Part shown: positions 12,761-27,002 of the stretch, in pieces
Layout of the letters: each line of letters starts with the position of its first letter
Position numbering within the stretch: the stretch's first letter is position 1
From: Balanoglossus misakiensis
Lineage: Eukaryota; Animalia; Hemichordata
Direction: 5' to 3'
Assembly: GCA_040954595.2 (NCBI GenBank)
Contig: CM082577.2
Coordinates: forward strand, 13,895,903-13,959,902
DNA: 64,000 nt
The notes under the pieces: generated by a model
What the model was told of the DNA's origin: nothing
The model's database searches: none
What the model saw: only the letters and a program-made list of their open reading frames with translations
Made by a program: the position numbers and the translations under genes

Positions 12761-14269
12761 ACAGCTATCTCACATATACCGTACCCCTATTCATTGGAGT
12801 CAAGTTTCTAGCATGCCGTTTGGGGATGCTGCGATCATGGATCACCACAGGGTTCCACCTGGAGAATAGTTAAACTTGGCATTGACAGCTCACAAGGCAG
12901 AAATGTGTACTACAAATGGATTTCTCATTGGGTACCCATTGGCTACCCATATGCGATGATGGCCCCTATACATTTAAGCAGTTGTTAGAAATCCTACTTC
13001 CTTGCTGTCATGGCATGCTATTCTTTCCACATTACAAACTCTCATTTTATATAACGTTATATACATGAACATGTGCCTGTACATATGGAGGTGCAGACGT
13101 CAACACTTCCACCTGTGTTCGTTATAAGCTAGTATTACAGCCTCTGATCATTATAGTGATCAACTTCCTTGTGTCATTACTAATGGGACACACCATTTAC
13201 TGGTATTGTCATTGATATCTCTAATATTGTCAGCTCTGTCAAGTTATAGGCAGCTTCATCTTTCTGAGACCTCTGGTCATCTGAACTTGATGACAACCGT
13301 TCACCTAAATCGGCAAGTTTTAATGGGATCTTATAGTCATTCAGCATATCTCAGAGCCAAGAGTACCACACAGTCCCCATACCTAGGATTATCATAGTGC
13401 ATGTTGACACATTCAATAGTCTATAATTAAGGATATCCTACCCAGTGACTTGACTCGTTATCTAGCAATTCGTCTGGTGGCCTTGAATCAAAACCAGTTC
13501 TTGGGTTTGATGACTGAGCTAACACCAAAACATATCACCAGAACGCCATTGCTATTCTGAATATTTCTCAGGCCAAATCTCTGAAGTGTAAAAAAAACTT
13601 CCATCAAGGCTGTTCAGTGTTTCCTCAGCCAATTCATTCGCAGTTTGTAATCTGCCTGTTGAATATGTACATGTATGATATCAGTTTTTTTCTCTTTGCT
13701 ATTGTATATGGTTCTTGGTGCGAGTTGAGATGGTATTAACAGCTGTGTCTTTTCTCTATTTGCGGAGGCCTCTCTGGCTGATTGGCTTATTTATGATGCA
13801 CACAATTTGAAATAGTGTCATGGGAACCAAGAAAAATACTTCGCCAAGAGGATGGGTCAGGTCAGATCACCCTATTCCTGAAAACTACTTTGAGCTAGAC
13901 CATCAACTCATGCTTTCAACGTTCAGCTATATCTTATAGCAGGTGCCCAGATCCACATGTTTCTCACCATGTGATGAATATTTGTCCAGCCATGAATCAT
14001 TGCTCCTCAGGAATTATGAATAGTCAGGCCATTATAGCAAGAGTGTACCGTAGTGGAGAGTGTATTGTACTTCACCAAAGCATATACTGGAGATCATGCC
14101 AGCTGAGGTGGGTGGCATAATCACACCTGGAGATCAATTTGCTTTATGCAGTTTGTTAGACTCAGTTCTTTGTGAAATCACAAAGCCCTCCTACTTTGGG
14201 AGTACTGGATGCAGGCTATTAGTAAGTATGACACTGATGTCCACATGCATCTACATGCAGTGCTTGTGT

Positions 14270-14910
14270 TGTTGAGTACCTTCATTTGTATAGTAGAGCA
14301 GTGGATCTTGGAGCACCTATGAGGAACATAAGCTTAATACCCTTTCACATGTGCTGCCTGTGATGTATCCTGGATGTGAAATATCAAGACAAAGTTACTA
14401 ACACTACTATCCTGAAGAGAGCTGTACCTGGCACAGTCTGCTGAAGCAAGAGACACAATACACTGGCTTGGCACAACGTGCTCACATATGATGGGTGGAT
14501 CCTAAAAGACCTCCTGTATGGCGAACTGACACTTAGGACAAACAGACCAAAGCAGATCTGACAGTTACACCTCAGGGATGTTTGCAAAAGAGACACGAAG
14601 GCCCTGGACATCGACACAAACTCTTGGGAGTCTAAAGCTTCAGACGGAATGACCTGATGGAGACAAGTGGTTGGCCAGTTGGCCTCTCCAACATTGAAGA
14701 GACACTCGCCCAAACGTGCGAAGTCAAGAGACAGAGAAGGAAGGCATCAAGCCAGGCAAACAGATCCTTCTTAACCGTCTTCTGTTTGAAGTGTCAGAGA
14801 GACTGTCATTCTCACATTGGATTGACTAGTCACACATGAAGATGTTCCAGATCTAGACCAGCATCCCAGCATGCAGATCCATATAGTCTCTCAAGACTGA
14901 AGGATGCCAA
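14270..14910 (+). pseudogene. Degraded 3' fragment of an RTE-clade LINE
   Basis: Broken frames give KDLLYGEL, RDVCKRDTKALDIDTNSWE.KASD and a C-terminal C2H2 finger CLKCQRDCHSHIGLTSH typical of RTE ORF ends. Confidence 0.75.
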
Positions 14911-15252
14911 TGCACCACATCCCATACTGTCTCCACACCTTTGGAACAGTTTAATCTTGTGGAACTCACACTGAAGGGAATGTATTGAGCACTTCACCAG
15001 CTAGCTCATACATCTGCATTGTGGAAATAATTTCTTAAGTTCTGTCTCACTTCAGAGAAGGGAAATTAACACAAAGGCTATTATTACGGACAACGTAAGT
15101 ATACTGTTTTTAGGATAAAACTCTTCCATCAGTGTGAGTGATAGTTTCCAAAAGTCACACAACCCATGAATCAAGGTGTTACTAACTCACCTCATCTGAC
15201 TTTGAAACAGAAACAAAAGAAATGAAGAATAATATGAACAGATATGTACATG

Positions 15253-16053
15253 TATCAGACCCGCCAATAAGTATTTACGCACCCATGTTCTGCAGTGAAA
15301 ACATTTCAGAAACATGAAATAACACACCAGCAGACAGTTTTTAGCAAAAATTCAAATATATTTAATAAATTCACAAGAAATCAGTCGTGCAACAAAAATC
15401 TTTCATCTGTGATTAAATTTGAGCACCTTGGGTGTCAAGATCAATGTAAAATGCTACCATTTTGAATAAGTTTCCGAATGTTGTACCTGACAGTGCCTCC
15501 GGTGATTGCAAACTGCCTTGCGATTTCTCGGTTTCTCAAACCTTGCCTATGCGTGCCTCAATTTGACCTTTCACAAATTCAGGAAGTTGGCGAACTTTGG
15601 GCATGATTTCATAAATTCAATGTTTACAAACAAAAATTATGCAGCAACCTCAGACGACCTCGATCAGAATATTCATAAGCAAATCAGGCAGATTTTCCCA
15701 CCCCAAAATTTAATCGGAATTATATTTAAAAGCTCTGATTGGTGGATATTTAAATATGAATAGAGGGAAATTAGCCACGGACACAATGGCGCGAAACGTT
15801 AATGAGATGCAAATGAGATGTTAATGAGTATACCGCCATTGCAATAACCGTAGGAATTTTAAGTGGGCGGAAAACTCACCGCGTATGCAGTCTTATTCGG
15901 CGCCGCAACACATCTGTGTTGACTAAAATGGGTTAAACCTGCCGTAGGTTATTTATTTTCGGAAATAAGTTACAGTCGATCGATTTTGTGAATAATTTTT
16001 CATAGCAAACGTTCATTGTCGAGGTGCATAAATACTTATTGGCCGGTCAGTGT
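15253..16053. mobile_element. Non-autonomous Tc1/mariner-like TIR element
   Basis: Inverted ends GACC.GCCAATAAGTATTTA.GCACC (15258-15283) and GGTGCATAAATACTTATTGGCCGGTCAGTG followed by TA; left terminus degenerate. Confidence 0.6.
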
Positions 16054-17193
16054 ATATAAAAAGCCTCCCTCAAGTCAGTGAATGAGACCTGGTAGACTTA
16101 ACAAATGAAAAATAACAGCATCTGGCAGTAACGCATGTTCACTTTTGGTATATAATGTAAAGCTAAACATAGTTTTGCAAACAAATTTGCATTAGAGATT
16201 GTAGTGTCGTGCAATGTGTTGCAAGTAAATTAGTTGAAAATGTATGGAATGTTACGTTTGTCAAAGACTACAGGCATCATCATGTTGACTTAAATTCAAC
16301 AGCCCATGTATCCATTTTCACTGTTTAGTAAACAATTTTTTGCATTTATTATCAAATACACAAAAAACCTACATATTAGTGAAGTTACATATATCTTCAA
16401 CCTCCATTGAAAATATTTGTAAAAGTACAAAGGCAAACATTTATGGAGCATAATGATATTCACCAAAATTCAACTACACAGATTAAAATACAAATGGTTA
16501 TTTCACCAGGTAAAATTCCTCAAATTTACAAGCAAATTGTTATATTATCAGTGTTTCAGCCAGCTTTTGAAAGCACACAGTACTAGAAATATCTCATGAT
16601 TCATTCTGATTTGCACTTTCAGAAATTCCTCAGACAAACCAGGCATAGTTCACATGTGTACAGAGAATTGTAGACCACTAATACAAATTTCGAGATCATA
16701 CTTTTACGGCGAATCTTTTTGTCAATAACCATTTCAAATGATTTAAAAACATATGCATTATTGAGAGAGGAGATACGAATTTTATAAAATAATCAAGCAA
16801 TTGCATAGCCAGCCCTACAAAACAGTTTTAAGTAAAAAGGGACACTTGAAACACCTGTTAAATCAAACAAAACATGATTTTTCTATTGACAGAACAAAGG
16901 AAATTTACATGTTAACTTTCAACAGAGACTGGCCACCTCAGTTAGTCATTGCTTGTCTCCCCCAAAGTTTGACATTTGCAGTACATAATACTTTGATTCC
17001 TAGGGCTTTTAAATTTTAATTTTGAAATTTTCTCTCTAATTCCTCAATGTACTTTTCCTAGATAAAAATAAATGAACGTATAAGTACTTCATATCATTGT
17101 TAGTATGTAAAACAGAAAAAGTTATTAAAATGTCAACCTTCGATGATACAAATCATGGAGAATTGTGGGTAAAATATTGTGCTAGTGTGGACA

Positions 17194-20100
17194 TGTGACC
17201 CACAGCAGGTTAGAAAAGGGGACATATCACATTTTCGGGGGACAATATATCAGGACAGGATTCTCCCTGGGAAAAATCATAGAGTCAGGGCTAATTTCCA
17301 TAAAATTTACATAATCATAGCCTCTTTTGGACATCACTATGCCCCCTTAACATCGATATAAATTATTTTGTATTATGGCTTTATCAATACCAGTGAATTT
17401 TGTGACGTCATAGCTGTACATTATTACTGATAATGTATCGTGTTATGACGTGTACGCGCAACACACTCAAGAACCAGCCAGACTGAATAATGGAGCTTTC
17501 AAACAATGCGAACATATTAAGGACTAAAAAAGAAATGCAAACATTCACAGAATAAATACAATGTACTGCGATATTTATTAATTTCAAATCTGACCTCGAC
17601 TGGCGATTTGTTGATTTTTTTCTTCCTAATGCGGCACTACATGTCATCTGCTCTTGAATCACGCGCAGTCAACATGGCTCGCTCACGCACGTAAAGCAAA
17701 CCTCTCCATGATGCTGGATTTGACATTCATTTACCATACATACTGTGTATCATGTACCAAGCAGTCATGTCAACGAAGCTAGACGTAAAAAGTTATGCCG
17801 CAATTGTCACTGTCATGTTGTCTACGCGGTATGGAGGGTTGATCGAGGGAGTGTTTGTTTATGTATTGCAACCTTCTGAGCGCCCGTATAGTGAACTTTC
17901 CTGAGGTCGCAAACAAATGCAAATATTGCCCAAGTCCACACCAAGATTTCACAAAAAATTGAAATTTTTCAGATATATTTCAGCAGAACCCATTATTTAT
18001 TTCCTGATGTTTGAATATGATACTAGAAATGTACAGAACATGGATTGACCGCAATCAGCTGATCTTTGGTTTATGCCATTCCTCTGTTTTTGTATCTGTG
18101 ACCGAGTTTGCCCGTTTTTTGGGGTGAAAAAAGGATCCACATTCAGGATTAGATTAAAGGCACATGAGCTGCAACTGGATGAAAATTTTAAGTTTTAAAT
18201 AATCCCATTATGTGTATTAAATGATATTTCATAATAGTATATCAAGATCACTTATTTATGACAAAATGGCCAAAAGTTAAAGAAAATTGAAAATTCCTGC
18301 AATATTGTGATCAAAAATGAAAATGTAATGTCTCAGCGGAGTACATTTACTTCCATAATTGCAGTGGATGAGGTCATGCTTTGTTTATGAAATTTCATAG
18401 TCAGAAATGCAATGTTTTCCTTGTTCTTGCATTTTTCCATGGTGGCGGCCATATTCCTTTGCGGCAAAGTTTACTGGCCCTGGGCTGCTGTTAATTTTAT
18501 AAGCCTGTGCAGACGCGCAGACACATGGCATGACCTCCAACAAATGTTGCTTCATCATTTGTCAAGTTTAGCTAAGTTGTTACAATGCGCGTACGCTCAG
18601 TGCGTTGCTTGTGTTACTAGGCTATTGATGCTATTTACAGGACGCCTGTCTGTAGATAACTTGTGCACTGAATGAAATGGGCAGCACATTGCTCTTGACA
18701 GCGTGCAGAGCTGCGTTGCTTCTAGGGTGATTCAAGCTGTGGAAGGTGTGAAATCACTCAGTTGTGTTCACTAAATTATCAAAACTTGAAAGGGAGTAGC
18801 AAGTTACAGTGAAAGCAAAGGTGGATGCACAGCAAAAGTATGGGAGGTGACAATCTGTCATATTGTTGTTCACTCAGTAAGAATGTGTCACAGTGACCCA
18901 TGAAGATTTATTTTGTTGTGACAATCCAATATTTATTGCATCAAATGTCGCAAGGCCGTACGCAAGCTGAAACACTTTATATTGTTTTATTTTATTTCTA
19001 TCATTAGTGATTTTAGATAGTATTAGTGTTTTAAACACAGAGAGAGCACCTATTTTGGATTCTAAGCCACCCATTTGTTTTTCCAACTTATTATCTGAAA
19101 CTTCCTCCTTTTTATTAAAATTTTACAAAGCAAAGCTGATAGTTCTGATAGACAGACGCAAACTACTTGTATGATAAAATTCAATACTGTTACCAAGTGA
19201 AGAAATGTCTTCCTTGTGTCTAGAAATCACATATTATCACAGTCTACTGGTTAGGACCTTGCAGGCCTACAGATATTCGGATGACTGCTTTCAGGACAGT
19301 TACACTTGAACATTGCAGCCTTCTATTGCAATAACTAACCTTTAACCCCAATCTAACCTCTAACATTAACCTCTAACCACTAACCTAAATAGCAGGCAGG
19401 AATGTCCACGTTTTCTGTCCTTGAAGTTGATACCCTCTGAATATTTGGCAAAAGTTAGTTTACCTTTATGCTTAAACAAAAGTACCAATTTGTATGACTG
19501 CCTACCAAATATGCTCTCTTTCAGTGTTTCAGCTAGCGTGCAGCCTTGCGACATTCGACGCAATAAATGTTGGATTGTCGCAACAAAATAATCTTTATGG
19601 GTCACTGTGACGCATTCTGACTGAGTGAGCAACAAATGACTGATTGTCACCTCCCGTACTTTTGCTTTGCGTCTGCCTTTGCTTTTACTGTAACTTTCTC
19701 CTCCCTTTCAATTCTTGACAATTAGTGAACACAACTGAGTGATTTCACACCTTCCACGGCTTGAATCACCCAAGAAGCAACGCAGCTCTGCACACTGACA
19801 AGAGCAGTGCGCTGCCATTTCATTCAGTGCACAAGTTATCTACAGACAGGCGTCCTGTAAATAGCATCAATAGCCTAGTAACACAAGCAATGCTCTGAGC
19901 CTATGCGCATTGTAACAACTTAGCTAAACTTGACAAATGATGTAGCAACATTTGTTGGAGGTCATGCCATGTGTCTGCACGTCTGCACAGGCTTATAAAA
20001 TTAACAGCAGCCGAGGGCCGGTAATAATTGTGCAGGGCAGGTAAATTTCTTAGTCAACTGCCCTGATTTATGCCAACTTTGATAAGGGAAACTTTTAAAT

Positions 20101-21123
20101 ACTTAGCACTATTTGACTTTGTTTAGAATATGGCTGGGTATGATTGCAAAAAAATTAGTATCAAAACAATTAATCTGATCCTGAATGTCGATCATTTTTC
20201 CCCAAAAAAAACAATACACGATAACATTTCTTCACCAATGGCAGTATATCATAATTAACACAAAATCTGAGATGTCTTAGGATATGTCCAATTTCTAAAA
20301 ATACATACATGTAGTAGGATGTAAAAGACAACTTGCACTGAAAACTTGCAGTGTTTCATTGAGGACACAGGTGAATTAGGCGTTCTATTCTGGGAAACAA
20401 TCAAACAAGTAAATAAACAAACAAACAAAATAACGTCATGATAAACAACGCGGTATCTTGAATTAAGCCACCCGCTCGTGCAATAGAGCAGCTGACACAA
20501 GAAGTGACTTGTGTCAAAGGTCCCATCCGTATGCTACTTGCTAGAAAATTGGTATATAGCAGGACGGTGTCCAACTCCCACTTGAAAACTGCTCGACACT
20601 GTTGAATATTCACCGTTTTTTAGCCTCTAAATGTCTGCCATCTTCAAAATTTCTACCCCATTTTAAAACATCAATAAACAGGCTATCATATCAGCATCGA
20701 TTTATCTGTCTCTCTTACCACTGGTTGTTGCGAGCACGTAAAAAAATATGACAATATCACAGTTTTTGAGGCGCATAGCAAGTCGTGGGAACATCAGGGC
20801 GTTTTATTGGAGCGGACTTCGTAACCCCAGGTCACCCAAGATACAAATTTCAAATACTTTCACTAGTAATAGTATTTCACTAGGCCTTCTTTACACTGCG
20901 TATAAAAAAGACAATATTCTTTGTTAGTAAGTACGATGTGCCAATGTCAGCATACTTGATAAGTAATGGTCGCGGTAAAATTTGTCCAAAAGAAGCTATG
21001 ATTATGCAAATTGTATGGAAATTAGCCCCGACTCTATGATTTTTCCCAGGGAGAGCCCTGTCCTGAATTGTCCCCCGAAAATGTGATCTAGCTGTCCCCC
21101 TTTCTAACCTGCTGCGGGTCACA
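17194..21123. mobile_element. Foldback-like element with ~140-bp outer inverted arms
   Basis: 17194-17335 is the reverse complement of ~20980-21123 (TGTGACCC.CAGCAGGTTAGAAA.GGGGACA...GGGAAAAATCATAGAGTC.GGGCTAATTTCCATA). Confidence 0.7.
18472..20023. mobile_element. Non-autonomous element with ~500-bp terminal inverted repeats
   Basis: 18472-18977 aligns in reverse complement with 19522-20023; termini TAC.GGCCC / GGGCCGGTA; no clear TSD. Confidence 0.85.
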
Positions 21124-22168
21124 ATGTCCCCATGCTTTCAAAAGCTGGCTGGCCTTTGATGTGTCAAACTTCTTTCAACAAAAGGGAACATGTAGCCAGG
21201 CCAAAGACAGCACATATTTTGTAAGAACTGTTATTATGGTTATTATCAAACATTTGGTGCATTTCTGTTTCAAGGCTGAAGTAGTGAGAATTAATCCTTG
21301 TTCATAGGTTGTCACACTCTTTAAGTACCACTATTTTCATATTCATGGATGAAATTTTCATAAAATGTATGATCTCCAACGATGCATCACGGGGACAATA
21401 TTTTACAACTTTTCTGCTAGTTTATTTTATCGGATCATCGAAGGCTTCCTGTCATTACAGGTACTACTCTCATGGGCATGTTGCATATTTGCTGTGTTTT
21501 TATCACCAAGCTTTTCAAATTCTTCTACTGGTGCATTGATATCGAGGGGACAACAGGGTTATTGTTGCAAATCCCATGGTTTAGACCCTCCAAGGCACTG
21601 GCTATTCTTGGTTTTTGAATGAAACTGGTTTTCCCTCTGGGCCCTCTAAGTCAGTTATGCATGTGCAATTCATTGTTAATGGCATTGCCTCTGCTGGATT
21701 GACAGTTGCAGGGGTTAATCATAGCACCTCACAAATGACCCACAAGACTGACAAATTGGTTGAAGACGTGGAGAAATTCACGCAAAGTGAATACTGCTGG
21801 GAGCTGTATTGAATCACACTGTAGACAGACACATTTCACAATACCATCCAATATCCTATGGCATCAACATTCAATCATAAGGTTAAACATTCAGTCTGCA
21901 TTTGTACTTTCCACCTTGTTGTAAGAGCTGCTCACTTTGCTTGACATCTCTTGCTTTTGCTGTATTTGCCTGAATGGCAAATCTGTTTGAAATCTATTAT
22001 TTTATCTTTGACTGTAATCATTTATCTTGTTTGAATACTTTTTTTAGTTTATATGCAATTTTTCTGACCTTTACTCAGTGTTTGTAGTTTAAGTTTATTC
22101 CGCAACATCTTTTTTAAACGCAAGCTGTGAGTTTTCTCAAGAAGATACGAGTAAGAGTTCGAAAAGCG

Positions 22169-22219
<51 letters not shown>

Positions 22220-22682
22220 TGACCAGAACATTGGCGTAGCTTGTTAACTCGATCACTGCAATACAATATATGGATGGGAAAGTTTTTCATGTAACTTTTG
22301 TTTCATAAGAAAAGAAACTACTTTGCACCTTGTCTTTCAAGTGCAACCTCCAATGAAAAGTTACAATGAATCGTTAGCAGATCATGCAAATGCCTGTTGA
22401 TCTCTGACCTATTTGAAACTCAAGTAACATGTGTGGACACAAGATTTTGAAGTCGCTGATAAGAAATATTTACCCACTTACGATAATCCAAAAAAACAGT
22501 GCCCTAACCATGGAACATGTGGACCCGGCTTTGTAATTTCCTCGGGGTGCCTCAAGTATATTTGTTTTTGAAATGACTCTGAAATGCCCCAACCTGTCTT
22601 GGCCAAAACTGCAGACCCCCCCCCCCCCCCCTCTCCTCGGTTATACCCATTTTGATACACCAGTTTGTCTGTCTGTCCGTCC

Positions 22683-22741
<59 letters not shown>

Positions 22742-22844
22742 CGTCCGTCCGTCCGTCCGTCTGTCTGTTGTCTGTCTGAGTGAGTGAGTGAGTGCATGTA
22801 TTTGTCCAAACATTTGAATAGTTTAGTTAGTTAGTTTATAGTTG

Positions 22845-22876
<32 letters not shown>

Positions 22877-22900
22877 AGTAGTCAGTCAGTTCTTAGTTAA
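22169..22900. repeat. Simple-repeat cluster: poly(A) 22169-22216, (GTCT/GTCC)n ~22666-22770, (TTAG)n ~22820-22880
   Basis: Direct read. Confidence 0.9.
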
Positions 22901-24329
22901 TTAGTATAAGTTAAGTAGTTAATTAATTAGGCTTATTTAATTAGTTTAGGTAGCATAGGTTTAGTTAGCATACATTTATTTACTTAATTTACTCAGTGTA
23001 TATATTTTATTTATTTAGTTCAATGCAGATGTGTACACTAATTATTAAAAAAAAAAAAAAAAAAAATGTGTGGTCTTATATGTCTGCACCGACTGGATGG
23101 ATAATATGAATTGGTTGCTGTAACGGGGCTTTCATTTATTCTGAGGGGTGGAGCCACAAGAAATTGGGGGTCAATTAGTCAGATCTCTCCCAGCAGCAGA
23201 AAGCTTAATAAGTGTTACCCTCCCTCTATATTAGTCCAAATTTGTATAATGTAACCCTCACATAAAGGGGTATGTTAAATTTAGATGCAAGTATGCCACC
23301 TCAGCTTGGCTGTATCAAACTGTACCCAAAGTGCTTCAATGTGACCCTCTCTCTTGTCCTCATTTGTATAATGTAAGTCTCCCATGAAGGACTATGTTAA
23401 ATTTCCACCAGCTTGGTCACACAAATCCTACCTTAGTATACAAGGTTGTCTATGGTTTTTACCCATGTCAAGAAACGGGAATACAGAGGTAATTGACCAA
23501 ACAATACAATTCAGACTTCATAATTGTATAATTCAAGGCCAGCAGATATAAAATTCTGAGTTTTCGCTAAGCAGGGCCATCAGACATCTGGTCAGCTACT
23601 TTGCAGAACAGGTCACCTATTCTTTCTCTATCAACAATGCACCATGCCATTCTATGTCTAAGTTTGTCAATCAACCAAGTGAAAAACAAGAATTCAACCC
23701 TTTTTTTCATTGCAAATTAACCTCAACATTTGAAGTCATTGTCAGAGCAAATGTAGAGTCGAAGGTCCGATCACCACATTATGACTTTGTGATGATCGAT
23801 GTGGGACTGTGGTGGCTGGCAACATAGTACAAGTTGCAAGATCAAGAATGCTTATTAGAGTTTCGAGACCAGACGTTTCTCGAAACCCTCTTAAAATATT
23901 TTTTTTTCTAATTTCTTAAACAACAACTATTTAAAGACTGTTGCACCCAATGACTTGAAATTTGGCTCATGGGTAAAACTCAAAATGTGTATTTTTTATC
24001 ACGTCACTATGCCAACATGTCACATGACCTGGCGTCCATCTTGGGTTTAAACTTTAAAATTGATCTCATTTGTATAAATAATGATGTATCAAAATTCTGT
24101 TAACAAACTTTGTGGACCATATGGCAAGGGTCCTATAAGACAAATTTCAGTGTCCAAGTCCCTGTTGATTTAAAGCATTATTTTCCATATTTTTCATGAC
24201 CATTGGACCCAGCCATTGGCCTATACATGTACTTTCCGTGGTTAAGCTATGGCCACCTAGGATTTTTGATTTATGCCCAATATCTCAAAATCTGCTGGGC
24301 CAATCAAGTTCAAATTTGGTGTGCAGCTA

Positions 24330-24870
24330 TAGCCTACCTTACGACAATTCATTCCTGCATCATCAGTACCTTTAGGATCTACTCTTGACTGAACGTAGGG
24401 GAGTAGATGAGACAAAATCAAACCTTCCAAACATTTCATTATGAGGGATGTTGCTTAAGCTCTGAAGAAAAGTGGTACAATTGTTGAAGTCTTCCAAATT
24501 TTGAGTATAGTGTCTGTATCAATAGCGCGCTGAAACAAATTCTGAAACACGGGGCCTTATAGTCCATCCATGCACGCCTTCAGCACACGACCAGTTATAC
24601 CATCTGGGCCAGGGGCTTTCCATGGTTTCATACACTTTGTGTTGTCGCACTACATCACATACAGTACAGTGATGCCGACATCATTCTGGCATGGGGGTGG
24701 ACAGGAGGACAGCCTCCTGTCACATTCCTTAGAGAAGTCCTGCTTGTCCAAACCTTGTATAAAATATGTTAAGATCAGAAGCCAATGATTTTGAATCTGA
24801 AGGAGATAAAACTGCATGTACACTGCTTTGACTGGACACTTTTTCAAATATTGAAAAGCTTTCCTCATTT
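24330..24870 (-). pseudogene. Degraded non-LTR RT fragment (Rex1/Babar- or L2-like)
   Basis: Minus-strand pieces KAPGPDGITGRVLKAC, IWKTSTIVP, IMKCLEGLILSHLLPYVQSRVDP. Confidence 0.65.
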
Positions 24871-26355
24871 GTCACATGATTTCATGGCACAATAGACAAT
24901 AATTTACAGTTGTGCTTGTTTGTGCTCCGTAAGGCATTTTGTTTTGGGACTAAGTGATAGATCTGATCCTGCCCACCCAGCACTCATGTGAATCAAAACT
25001 AAGTGTAAAATTTTCCGCTCATGCGGTGATTGAAATGGCATGGCATTTGACCTTACCCCCTCCTGCTCTTCCCCCCCCCCCATTCTTGTGTCTGGATCGA
25101 GCCCTGATGGGCTAAGTTTTATAGCACACATTTACCGGTAATGGTTTTGGTTGGGTTGACAGCAGAAGTACTCACTTGGCGATAATCAAAACTATTGTTT
25201 TCCTTGACTGTGTTTTCTTCCTTTGGAAATGACAATCATTGGATATGTAGAGACTTTTTATTTTCTTCTGTTCGAATCTGAGAAAGATGACTGTAAATTA
25301 CTCCTTCCAATCTCATGCAGTCATCAGTGGTATCTACATAGTACCTCGTATTTTAAAGCTTTAACAGCTTCAAAACAGTTATGCCAACCAGACTGAAACT
25401 AATTTTACTTTCCGAACGTTCTTTTCACTGATTCTAATCTTTTTACCAGATGGAAAAGTTGATCTACAGAAATGGGTTTGTTGGGGGGGGGGGGGGGAGG
25501 GGGCGGTTAGAAATCCATGCATCGAACTGCACAAATACCATTATCCCTGACCACAACTGGGTATCATTGGCAAACATAATCATTTACTGGTACTTTATAA
25601 TGGAATTCCAGCTGTGTAATGTAACACTCAATGGACAAGAATATACCTTTTTAAAATGTGACCTTCACCTTCAATAATTTTGTAAAATGTCCCCTACCCC
25701 ACTTTTGATCCCCCAATTTATTAACTGAACACTCCCTTAATCCAGGTTAGACATGGGTCTAGGTGCCAGTACATTGCTGGATAAATTCGGAATGTGATCA
25801 AAGAGACATGTACATCATCTGATCTGCATGGCATGTATACTTGTATTTTAACTTCCAAACCAAGCCAATCCTTGTAAGCCAATCATAGCACAAATTCATA
25901 TTGTAAGCAAGCCTGTTTTAATTTATGCCATGTAACAAAATCCTTACCTTCAATTCAAGTGAATCCCCATGTAATAATTGGATAATAGATTGTAATTGTT
26001 TCAAACCCACACACGGATAGCATAGCATACAGTAGCTAAAATCACCAGTATTCTGGTATATGCAAGCACACTCAGTGCAATGTTTCCATTGCTCATCTGA
26101 GCTTCAGAGAACGTTGGGTACAACACTGTCCACTAGCAGTGTTACCATCTGAAAATAGAAAATCAGTTTGTATTTACAAGATTCAAAACCGTACTCAACT
26201 ACTCAACTCAAATAGCAAAAAGTTTGCACACAAAGCCAATTTGAGAAATCTCCAACATAAAAACTTAATTATACATAAATGTATGGGACAGTAACAGGAG
26301 TTGCATGATAGCTTGGCTACTCACAGAAAAATAACATAACTTATTGTCACATTAA

Positions 26356-27002
26356 GGCCCCATGAGCTGCAACTCAATAAAAAATTGTTATGCTTTCAAT
26401 ACAGTCAAACCTGTGTATAGTGGCCGGTCAAGGGACTTTCATAAACCGGCCTTTAAAGACAGGAGGCCTTTAAAGACAGGTCAATTTAATGCACATGTAA
26501 ATTGCACAGGGACTGTAACATAGCGGCCACTATATAGAGATGGTCACTAACACAGGTTTGTCTGTACCTCCAATAATCTTGGAAATGCTTTTAATTCTGT
26601 CAACTGGAAATTGATAAATATAAAAAAAAAATTCTGTGACTGAATTTTGTTTAAAAAATCGGATGTCCAGAAACTGCCTGCAATGTGTGTTAGTTTGTTT
26701 ACATGGCCTGTGTGTTAAAAATTCACACTTTCCAGATTTTTAACATACCTCTGTATGACTTTCTAGAGATTTTAATATCAATGTGCGCATACTACAGTAG
26801 TTATCTACTCTTGCAATGGACAGTTGAAGAAATGGGTGTGGCACCTGTTGTATTGTTTTAATGTTACATACCGGTATTTACATAGCCACAATCAGAGTTT
26901 GTTGATTTGTTTGTGTACACCCACCAGTAAACTTACACTAATAATTGAACCATTCAGAAGTAAAATCATGAAAATATTTTTTTAATTGGCAGCTATTGGG
27001 GC
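26356..27002. mobile_element. TTAA-flanked MITE (Kolobok-like) containing a nested TA-flanked MITE at 26402-26564
   Basis: Outer TTAA|GGCCCCATGAGCTGC ... GCAGCTATTGGGGC|TTAA (imperfect). Inner TA|CAGTCAAACCTGTG ... CACAGGTTTGTCTG|TA (Tc1/pogo-like). Confidence 0.65.

Noticed and set aside
19334-19388. Interstitial telomere
   Set aside because: Too short and degenerate; treated as part of the foldback loop.
25948-26149. Exon-like segment on the minus strand with good splice sites
   Set aside because: Stop codons in all three frames; not supportable as coding.
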